Origin: Myxococcota bacterium
GTDB taxonomy: Bacteria > Myxococcota_A > UBA9042 > PHBI01 > JAWLBL01
NCBI GenBank assembly: GCA_041687695.1
Contig: JAWLBL010000031.1
Span: 21,581-85,580, forward strand
Length of the DNA: 64,000 bases
Direction: 5' to 3'
Shown in pieces: positions 56,472 to 64,000 of the stretch; the stretch's first letter is position 1, and every line of letters starts with the position of its first letter. The notes below the pieces were generated by a model. It had not been told where the DNA came from. It saw nothing but the letters and a program-made list of their open reading frames with translations, and ran no database searches. Made by a program: the position numbers and the translations under genes.

Positions 56472-57557
56472 TCACTTCCCAAACCCCTCGCCGGCCCCGA
56501 AGACGCACTGGCCGCTCTCGGCGTCACATCCGGGCTCTGGTGGCGGCGCGCAGGGCGGCATCACGCAGTCGTTGCCCTCGGGCCACACCTGGCCGTTGCA
56601 GAACTGCTGATGGGCCTCCGCGTTGGCGCTGCACTCCCAGACCGTCATCGTGTGGTTGGGGCACATCGGGCAATAGCACCCATCGGTGCTCTCCGGCGCC
56701 GTCGGATACAGGCAGTTGGCACAATCGGCGTCCGACGCGCAGGTGTCTTTCGGCGGGCACGTCGGGCAGCAGGCCCCGGGCGTCACAATCCGCTCCTCGG
56801 GCGGGCACTCCGGCTCGGCGCAGTCGACCAGCGCGCACAGGTCGTACACACACAGCCCCGCCTCGCCGCACATCGCGACGTCGCTCGGAGGCGCCTCGCA
56901 GGCCACGTCCGGACACTCGTCGGCCCCCGCCCACGCCCCGGGCCCGCAGTAGTGCGCCCAGCCCACCTCGCGCAAGGCGCACTCGGCCGCGGTCGTCGGC
57001 TCGGCGTAGCAGGTCTGGCAGCTGCACTGCGCCGTCGAGGTCACCACCGGCGGCACATGGCACACCACGCACTCGGCCCCGTCGACGCACGTCTCGTCTA
57101 CCTGAGGCGCCTTGCAGAACCATGCCGTGCAATACTCGATGGGGTCGCCCGGCCAATACGGCCCCCAGCCCTCGGGGCAGGCCTCCGGCCCCGGCGGGTC
57201 GCAGTGCAGCTCGACGCACTCGCAGCAGCCGCCCCCGATGGGGCTGCCCTCGTGTCCGGCCGGGCACGCCGCGTCGTGGCAGAAGCCGCTGGGCCCGACC
57301 GGAACCGCCCAATCCGGACATCCCTGAGCGGTCTCGCCGCCGTCCGCGTCCTTCGCGTCGACATCCTCGGCGACGTCCGCGTCCGACTCGGCCCCGTCGG
57401 GCGCCACGTCCAGCCCCGACGCGTCGTCCTCCTTCACCTCGGCGTCCGCGTCGCCCCCGATCACGGCGTCCACGACCTCGCCCGACGTCGCGCCCCCGCA
57501 CGCCGCCAGCGCCACCGCTGCCGCCACCGTCCACAGCCGCCCCGTCACCCGCCGCAT
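56472..57557 (-). CDS. Cys-rich lipoprotein
   Basis: Lipobox LAAC, Asp/Ala linker, dense Cys modules. Confidence 0.8.
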   Translation of the reverse strand: MRRVTGRLWTVAAAVALAACGGATSGEVVDAVIGGDADAEVKEDDASGLDVAPDGAESDADVAEDVDAKDADGGETAQGCPDWAVPVGPSGFCHDAACPAGHEGSPIGGGCCECVELHCDPPGPEACPEGWGPYWPGDPIEYCTAWFCKAPQVDETCVDGAECVVCHVPPVVTSTAQCSCQTCYAEPTTAAECALREVGWAHYCGPGAWAGADECPDVACEAPPSDVAMCGEAGLCVYDLCALVDCAEPECPPEERIVTPGACCPTCPPKDTCASDADCANCLYPTAPESTDGCYCPMCPNHTMTVWECSANAEAHQQFCNGQVWPEGNDCVMPPCAPPPEPGCDAESGQCVFGAGEGFGK

Positions 57558-57765
57558 GCCGCGCTCCAGTCCCATTCGTCCAGCGCCGGCATGCTCCGTG
57601 GCTGCCGCCCCTCGCGTCAACCCCGCCGCCGCCCGAACCACGCCAGCAGCGCCAGCAGCCAGCCCCCCGCGAGCCCCGCCCCGCCACCCGCGCCGCACCC
57701 GGCAGGCTGTCGAGCCTCTGTCGAACCGTTGCGCTCGCCGTCCTGAGCGTGTCTCATTCGCCACC

Positions 57766-58695
57766 ATGTCGACCCCGCGCCCTCGCCCCATCGCCCTCCT
57801 CCTCACCCTGTCGCTCCTGGCGGCCTGCACTCGCGCCGCCCCGGACGACGCTCCGGCCGCGCCGGACCTGGCGCGCGTCTCCGGCGACGCGCCGCCCCCT
57901 CGTGACGGCCTGCGCATCCTGGTGACCCCCGAGGTCATCGAGCTCGACACCCGACCGCTCGGCGCGCCCTCGGGGGACGACGGCCGACCGCTGTACTCGG
58001 GCCCCGTGGTCGCCCTGGACCAGGGCAGGGTCCCCGCAGGCGAGACGCGCCCCAGCCAGCCCATGCTCATCCCCAAGCTGACCGCCGCGCTGCAGCGGGC
58101 CCAGCAGCTCGAGCGGGTAGCGCTGAGGCCGGGCGCCGACACCCGCGGCCGCTGGCGCCTTGAGCTGGCCCACGACGTCCCGGTCGACCTCGTGACCCGC
58201 GTCGTCGCCACCGTCGGCCTGTTCGATCTAGAGCGCCTGGCCTTCGTCGTCCGCGGCGAGATGGGCCTGGGCACGCTTCCGCTGGGGGGCGTCCCGGTCT
58301 GCAGCGGCTACGCCGACGCCCCGCCGGTCCCCTGCACCCACGACGCCATCGAGGTCACCCCCGACGCCGTCCACCTGGCGCGCACCCGCGAGTACACCCG
58401 GGCCGGCCGGCCGACGCCCTGTCTGATGGCCTGGAAGCTCGGCGCAGCCCCCGAGCCCCTGTCGCGCGAGGCCCTGCCGCTGTCCCCGCAGGGCGCTGTC
58501 GACCCCGCGCACCTGTCGCAGCGACTCGACCAGCCCGCCGACCCCGCCAGCTGCGGCGTCGTGCGCCTCTCGGCCGCCCCCGACCTGCCCTGGCAGCGCC
58601 TGGCCAGCCTGACCGCCGCGGTGCACGCCGCCGCCCCCGACCGCATCACCTACCTGGGCGTCCTCGAGTCCACCGACGCGCCGGCCGCGCCGTGA
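57766..58695 (+). CDS. Lipoprotein with two ExbD/TolR-like periplasmic segments
   Basis: Lipobox LAAC; LELAHDVPVDLVTRVV..LAFVV and VRLSAAPDLPWQRL. Confidence 0.6.
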   Translation: MSTPRPRPIALLLTLSLLAACTRAAPDDAPAAPDLARVSGDAPPPRDGLRILVTPEVIELDTRPLGAPSGDDGRPLYSGPVVALDQGRVPAGETRPSQPMLIPKLTAALQRAQQLERVALRPGADTRGRWRLELAHDVPVDLVTRVVATVGLFDLERLAFVVRGEMGLGTLPLGGVPVCSGYADAPPVPCTHDAIEVTPDAVHLARTREYTRAGRPTPCLMAWKLGAAPEPLSREALPLSPQGAVDPAHLSQRLDQPADPASCGVVRLSAAPDLPWQRLASLTAAVHAAAPDRITYLGVLESTDAPAAP

Positions 58696-58774
58696 CGCTT
58701 GCAGCGGCCCGCGGGCCTCGCCACACTCCGCGCCCGCGGCCACCCCTAGCCAACCCGGCCGCGCGGAGGCAGCG

Positions 58775-59752
58775 ATGGTCGTTCGGGACGTGAAGCTCGG
58801 TTGGGTGGGGCTGCTGGCCTTGTCCCTGGTGGCCTGCGGCGACTCCGAGGCCTCGCGCGACACCTCGGGCGACGACACGCCTGATGTTTCCGGCGAGACC
58901 CAGGACACCCCCGACGCCGAAGCCGACGGCGACCCGGCCGACGCTCCGGACATGGGCGACGTGCCCGACGACGCCGGCCCCGACGCGAGCCCCGACAGCG
59001 GCGACGACACCACCGCCGACGCCGAAGACGTCGCCCCCGACAGCACGGAAGACGCGCTCGAGGACGCGGCCGACGACACCACCGACGACACCACCGACGT
59101 CGCGGGCGACGACGCGACCGCCGACGTCGCCGAGGACGTCGCCCCCGACACCACCGAGCCGACCACCTGCGCCCAGCTCGGCGCGTCGACCTGCCTGGTC
59201 AACTCCAACTGCGCGGTCGGCGAGACCTGCCAGCCGCCCGAGCCTGGCTCCGGCGTCGGCTGCTGCCTGCCCGGCGCCCCGGGCGAGGGCCAGGTCGGCG
59301 TCCCCTGCGCCCAGGACGCCGACTGCGCCTTCGGCAAGTGCCTGTCCCGCGACGACGGCGCGAAGTTCTGCTCGGGCGACTGCGGGAGCGACCTCGACTG
59401 CCCCGGCTTCATGCTGTGCAGCGATCTCTTCGGCTGGTGCTACCCCAAGGACTCCGACTGGCAGCCCTCGACCTGCGCCGAGGCCAGCCTCGACCAGTGC
59501 TTCTACAACGACAACTGCGACGACGCCGACCGCTGCGAGGACATCGGCGCGGCCCCGACCGAGCTCCTCTGCTGCACCCCCGGCCCCCGCGGCACCGCCC
59601 CCACCGGCGCCCCCTGCGCGGCCCACACCGACTGCGCCTTCGGCCGCTGCCTGGGCGGCCAGTGCAGCGACCTCTGCGCGCCCGGCGCCGACCCCTGCCC
59701 CGCCGCCGGCATGGCCTGCAACGACCTAAAGGGCCTCTGCGAGCCGCTCTGA
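58775..59752 (+). CDS. Cys-rich lipoprotein with duplicated module
   Basis: Lipobox LVAC; D/T linker; two copies of C..NC..C..CC.PG..G.PC...DCAFG.CL. Confidence 0.82.
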   Translation: MVVRDVKLGWVGLLALSLVACGDSEASRDTSGDDTPDVSGETQDTPDAEADGDPADAPDMGDVPDDAGPDASPDSGDDTTADAEDVAPDSTEDALEDAADDTTDDTTDVAGDDATADVAEDVAPDTTEPTTCAQLGASTCLVNSNCAVGETCQPPEPGSGVGCCLPGAPGEGQVGVPCAQDADCAFGKCLSRDDGAKFCSGDCGSDLDCPGFMLCSDLFGWCYPKDSDWQPSTCAEASLDQCFYNDNCDDADRCEDIGAAPTELLCCTPGPRGTAPTGAPCAAHTDCAFGRCLGGQCSDLCAPGADPCPAAGMACNDLKGLCEPL

Positions 59753-59768
59753 TCGGCCCGCCCGAGCT

Positions 59769-59805
59769 GCGAGCCCCACGCACCGTGCGGTGACGCGGGG
59801 CTCGC
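59769..59805. terminator. Long hairpin between convergent genes
   Basis: GCGAGCCCC..CACCG-TG-CGGTG..GGGGCTCGC. Confidence 0.5.
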
Positions 59806-59827
59806 GCTTCGAAGACTGGCTCCGGCC

Positions 59828-61369
59828 TCAGTTCAGCGGCCCCCCGCCATCCGGCGGCGTCGGCCGCACCGCGCCGTCCAGCACGATGAGCGTCGGGTTG
59901 ACCACCTGCAGCGGGTCCGGCCCGCGGGCGGTGCCCGGGACCACGTAGTTGCGCTGGATGATCTTGATGGCCTCGCCGGCCGGGACCAGGTCCTCGCCGA
60001 TCTCGAAGCAGTGGGCCAGCGCGCCGCAGTCACGCGCGAAGTACTGCAGATACAGCTGCCCGGCGCCGGCCACGTCGTCGGCGAAGCCCCCCGCGGAGCC
60101 CTGCAGCTCGTCGTGGTCGACGTTGGCCACGCCCATCAGGACCTCGATGCGGTTGATCGACAGGCTGACGTAGGTCGCGTTGCCGGTCGCCGTGCCCAGC
60201 GTCCCCACTACAGCCAGCACCTCGCCGTCGTCCAGGGTCACGGTCGGGCTGATCTGGTAGTCGGCGTCGCCGGTGTCGCCCAGGCAGTTCATCGGGCGCT
60301 CCAGGCAGTCGCGTCCGACCAGGTCGACCGAGAGCAGCAGGCTCTCGAACTCGGTCGCGGGCGCCGCGGCCTGCCCCCAGATCTGGCGGACGCCGCCGAC
60401 CAGTTGGGCGACGTCGTCGGCCAGCCCGGCCTCCGAGATCGCCGTCCGCGCATCGAGCACCGGCGTCGGATAGGGCTCGGTGGCCCGGGTCGCGTCGGGG
60501 TCGCGCACGCGCAGCACGGCCATCGGCAGCCGCTGCCGCCACCGCTCGCCGGCGTCCGGGTCGGCGGGCAGCGCGTAGCGCATCAGGGTCATGAAGTCGT
60601 CCGCCCCGGCGCCCAGCCCCAGCCGCGCCTGCTCGGCCGAGATGGGCTCGGTCAGGATGTGGTCCGGGTCGGGCACGCCGGCGCGCAGCAAGGACTCGGT
60701 GACCGCGCGCTCCATCACCTGGTCGGGGGTGATGACGAAGAAGCGCTGCTGGTCGAAGGCGGCGCCCGAGGCCTGCTGCACGACCACGTGGTTGTTGCTG
60801 TTGCCCAGGCTGGCGAAGACCAGCACCCGCGCCGGGTCGGGCGCGGTCGCGAACAGCACGCTGCGCATGATGGGGTCGGTCAGCCCCAGGAAGACGGGGT
60901 CGTTGGGGTTCAGCTCGTCCTCGCGCGAGAACACGTAGGTCTGCAACCCGTAGTACGCCCCCTGGGGCGGCGTCAGCGCCAGCACCACCAGCGCCTCGCG
61001 CTCGTCCAGCCGGTGGGTCACCCAGGTGTCGCCGGGCATCGGCCCCAGGACCTCGCGCAGGGTCTCGTCGACGTGCTCGTCGGGCCACAGCGGCACCGAG
61101 GGGATGGCGTAGGGCGCCGCCGGGTTGTTGCCCAGGCACTGCCCCAGCGTCGCGATGGGGAACTGGCAGTCGTCGATGGTGAACAGGCTCCAGTCGCCGC
61201 GCAGGACCTCGAAGCCCTGCGCCTCGAGGTCCGCCTCGAGCGCCTCGACCTTCTGCTGCAGCGAGGCCGGCAGCCGGTCCTCGCCGATGATCCGTGAGTC
61301 CTCGCCGCACGCCGCGGCCGCGAGCAAGAAGCCCGCCGCGACGAGCGGCCAAACCTTGTGGGAGCGCAT
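59828..61369 (-). CDS. Hypothetical lipoprotein
   Basis: GGAGG RBS, lipobox AAAC, 513 aa globular with Cys pairs (CLGNNP, NCLGD). Confidence 0.8.
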   Translation of the reverse strand: MRSHKVWPLVAAGFLLAAAACGEDSRIIGEDRLPASLQQKVEALEADLEAQGFEVLRGDWSLFTIDDCQFPIATLGQCLGNNPAAPYAIPSVPLWPDEHVDETLREVLGPMPGDTWVTHRLDEREALVVLALTPPQGAYYGLQTYVFSREDELNPNDPVFLGLTDPIMRSVLFATAPDPARVLVFASLGNSNNHVVVQQASGAAFDQQRFFVITPDQVMERAVTESLLRAGVPDPDHILTEPISAEQARLGLGAGADDFMTLMRYALPADPDAGERWRQRLPMAVLRVRDPDATRATEPYPTPVLDARTAISEAGLADDVAQLVGGVRQIWGQAAAPATEFESLLLSVDLVGRDCLERPMNCLGDTGDADYQISPTVTLDDGEVLAVVGTLGTATGNATYVSLSINRIEVLMGVANVDHDELQGSAGGFADDVAGAGQLYLQYFARDCGALAHCFEIGEDLVPAGEAIKIIQRNYVVPGTARGPDPLQVVNPTLIVLDGAVRPTPPDGGGPLN

Positions 61370-61692
61370 GCGTCCTCCAGACCGGTCGGGTCACCGACCG
61401 GCGCGAAAGAGAAGGGGAAAAGGCGGTGCGCGACGACCGAGACGGGTTCGTCGGCGGCCCGAGCCGCCGGCCAGGTCGCGTGGCCTGCGCTCGCCGGACT
61501 CGGCGCCGCCTGAATCGAGTGAGGCGGCACCCTCCGGAGCAGGGCTGGAGGTGAGCGGAAGGGTCGCGAAGCCCGACCCGCGTGGGCCCGGGTTCGCGAA
61601 AGGCAGGAAGATCAACTACCTGCGAACCGTGCGTTCCGCCCTGCCGATGTCAAGCCAGCGCGGACCGCCCCGCCGCTTCGAGCCGCCCAACC

Positions 61693-61806
61693 GGAGTGCT
61701 CGAGCTTGCTCGAGCCCCAACGCCGGCGGCTTGCCGCCGGGGCTTTGCCTCCGTCCCGGCGCAGCAAGCTGCGCCGAATCGGGGCTCCGGCAAGCCGGAG
61801 CACTCC
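61693..61806. repeat. Complete REPIN-like element with four hairpins
   Basis: GGAGTGC...GCACTCC termini; hairpins GCTCGAGC-TT, CCGGCGGC-TT, CGGCGCAGC-AA, GCTCCGGC-AA. Confidence 0.85.
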
Positions 61807-61962
61807 AGGGCCGCCTTCGCCGGCCTCGACGCGACACGCTCGCCACGCCGGCGCTGTGGACCGCCGCTCCACCCTCGCGGTGGCCCTCGATTGCGCCCCC
61901 CGAGGCCCTGGCCTAACGTCGGGCCCTCAGCCGCCACGCGCCGCAGCCCCCGTGAGGTCCCC

Positions 61963-63864
61963 ATGCCCGCCCGCCCGCCGCTCGCCCGCCGCCTCGCCGC
62001 CGCCCTCCTCGCCTCGGCGATGGCCCTGGTCCTCGCGCCCTCCGCCGGCGCCCTCTCCGACGTCCCGGCCGCCCTCGACTACCCGACCCTGGGCCCGGCC
62101 GACGCCACGGTCGAGATCGTCGTCGTCTCGGACTTCCAGTGCCCCTTCTGCGCTCGCGTCCAGGCCACCCAGCGCCAGATCCTGTCGACCTGGCCGGCCG
62201 ACGTGCGCCTCGTGTTCGTCCACCAGCCGCTGCCCTTCCACAAGGAGGCCCGCGGCGCCGCCATCGCCACCATGGCCGCCCACCGCCAAGGCCTGTTCTG
62301 GCAGCTCCACGACCACCTCTTCTTGAACCAGCGCCAGCTGCAGCCCGACGACCTCGTCCAGCACGCCGCCGCCCTCGGCCTCGACCTCGACCGCTTCCGC
62401 AAGGACCTGGCCGACCCCCAGCTCGCCGCCTGGGTCGACCGCAACCAGCGCCTCGCCAACGCCGTCGGCGGCACCGGCACCCCGACCTTCTTCGTCAACG
62501 GCACCAAGGTCCGCGGCGCCCAGCCCTTCGTCCGCTTCCAAGAGGCCATCGACGCCGAGCTGACCGCCGCCCGCGCCGCCGGCCAGCGCGGCGCCGCCTT
62601 CGCCCGCGCCCGCACCCGCGCGGCCCACCTCAACCTGGCCGCCTACCTCCACGACGGCAAGGAGCCCCCGGCCGTCGCCCCCACCCCCGCCCCCACCCCC
62701 ACCCCCGCGGTCGCCAACGACACCGTCTTCAAGGTGACCTTCGACGCCGCCGACCCGGTGAAGGGCAACACCAAGGACCCGCTGGTCACCCTGGTGGTCT
62801 TCACCGACTTCCAGTGCCCCTACTGCGCCCGCCTCGCGCCCACCCTGGACCGCCTGGTCAAGCAGTACGGCCGCGACCTGCGCCTCATCGTCAAGCACAA
62901 CCCCCTGTCCTTCCACAAGCAGGCGGTCCCGGCGGCCGAGGCCTCCCTGTGCGCCCACGAGCAGCGCAAGTTCTGGCCCATGCACGACGCCCTCTTCGCC
63001 AACATGAAGGCCCTGTCCGACGACGACATCGAGCGCTACGCCGCCCGCGTCAAGGGCCTCAACCTCAAGCGCTTCAAGGCCTGCTTCCGCGACCGCAAGT
63101 ACGCCCAGCGGGTCCAGGACGACCGCCGCCTCGCCGCCGCCGTCAACGCCCGCGGGACCCCCAACTCCTTCATCAACGGCCGCCAGGTGACCGGCGCCCG
63201 CCCCTTCGAGACCTTCGTCGACGTCATCGACGCCGAGCTGGCCAAGGCCAAGGCCCTGGTCAAGGACGGCGTCCCCCGCCGCGAGGTCTACGACCACATC
63301 ATCGCCAAGGCCCCCCAAAAGCAGCACCTCGGCGACCAGGTCCACGCCTTCGACACCACCCAGGCCCCCTCCCTCGGCCCCGCCGACGCCCCGGTCCAGC
63401 TCACCTTCTTCGCCGACTTCCAGTGCCCCTTCAGCGCCCGCATGGCCCAGACCCTCGCCGAGCTGACCGACCACTACGGCGACCGCGTCGTCCTGCGCTT
63501 CAAGCACCTGCCCCTCGACCACCACGCCGAGGCCCGCCCGGCCGCCCGCGCCGCCCTGTGCGCCCACACCCAGGGCCACTTCTGGACCATGCACGACGTC
63601 CTCTTCGTCCGCTCCCAGCACCTCGACATCGCCGACTACACCCGCATCGCCCACCTCGCCGGCGTCCCCGACCTCGACGCCTTCGCCGCCTGCGCGGCCT
63701 CCACCGCCCACGACCCCCGCATCGACGCCGACCTCGCCGAAGCCCGCGCCGCCCAGCTCCGCGCCACCCCCGCCCTCTTCATCAACGGCCGCCTCCTCGA
63801 CCCCGCCGCCGGCCGCTCCTTCGACGACCTCCAGCGCGTCATCGACACCCAGCTCGCCCCCTGA
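61963..63864 (+). CDS. Triple DsbA/thioredoxin-domain protein
   Basis: Signal peptide; DFQCPFC, DFQCPYC, DFQCPFS, each followed by a TP..F.NG motif. Confidence 0.92.
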   Translation: MPARPPLARRLAAALLASAMALVLAPSAGALSDVPAALDYPTLGPADATVEIVVVSDFQCPFCARVQATQRQILSTWPADVRLVFVHQPLPFHKEARGAAIATMAAHRQGLFWQLHDHLFLNQRQLQPDDLVQHAAALGLDLDRFRKDLADPQLAAWVDRNQRLANAVGGTGTPTFFVNGTKVRGAQPFVRFQEAIDAELTAARAAGQRGAAFARARTRAAHLNLAAYLHDGKEPPAVAPTPAPTPTPAVANDTVFKVTFDAADPVKGNTKDPLVTLVVFTDFQCPYCARLAPTLDRLVKQYGRDLRLIVKHNPLSFHKQAVPAAEASLCAHEQRKFWPMHDALFANMKALSDDDIERYAARVKGLNLKRFKACFRDRKYAQRVQDDRRLAAAVNARGTPNSFINGRQVTGARPFETFVDVIDAELAKAKALVKDGVPRREVYDHIIAKAPQKQHLGDQVHAFDTTQAPSLGPADAPVQLTFFADFQCPFSARMAQTLAELTDHYGDRVVLRFKHLPLDHHAEARPAARAALCAHTQGHFWTMHDVLFVRSQHLDIADYTRIAHLAGVPDLDAFAACAASTAHDPRIDADLAEARAAQLRATPALFINGRLLDPAAGRSFDDLQRVIDTQLAP

Positions 63865-63881
63865 CCCGGTCCGGCCCCCGA

Positions 63882-64000
63882 ATGAACGCCTTCCCCATCC
63901 GCAACGACGCCGACCTCGAGCGCGCCAGCGTGCGCCGCGTCCGGTTCCGCAAGTCGCCGCGCGGGCAACTCGCCCGAGGTCCAGTGGCAGGAGAGAGGCG
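63882..64000 (+). pseudogene. Possible HigA-like antitoxin 5' remnant (runs off window)
   Basis: MNAFPIRNDADLERA resembles the HigA N-terminus PIRT.ADY..AL, then diverges. Confidence 0.3.

Overview
Very GC-rich window, most likely from a Myxococcota/myxobacterium-like organism (Cys-rich lipoproteins, a MYXO-CTERM-like tail, DUF4157 and RCC1 proteins). No rRNA, tRNA, CRISPR array, integrase or transposase was recognised. 1-7.9 kb is a partly decayed defence/TA island: type I R-M hsdM-hsdS, an orphan IetA-like AAA ATPase, a probable PIN-toxin remnant, vapBC, REP-like hairpin elements, and a phased array of alternating palindromes (42/43-bp period) before an unknown gene. 9-13 kb holds a DUF4157 (eCIS-associated) protein with an unassigned, possibly glycosyltransferase-like C-terminus, plus an LRR partner. 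19-24 kb is an unusual divergent signalling locus: an ODP-type di-iron protein, three roadblock/LC7 proteins, a Ser/Thr kinase-FGE fusion and an OmpA-domain protein, with no GTPase. The rest is largely housekeeping or surface genes: Rieske and cytochrome b-dihaem c fusion, hybrid kinase, LysM-muramidase, M1 peptidase, SerA, M64 peptidase, Ski2-like helicase, lipid enzymes, large repeat lipoproteins and a triple DsbA. All assignments are by eye from motifs; no database search was run, and several start codons were re-picked from the ORF track.
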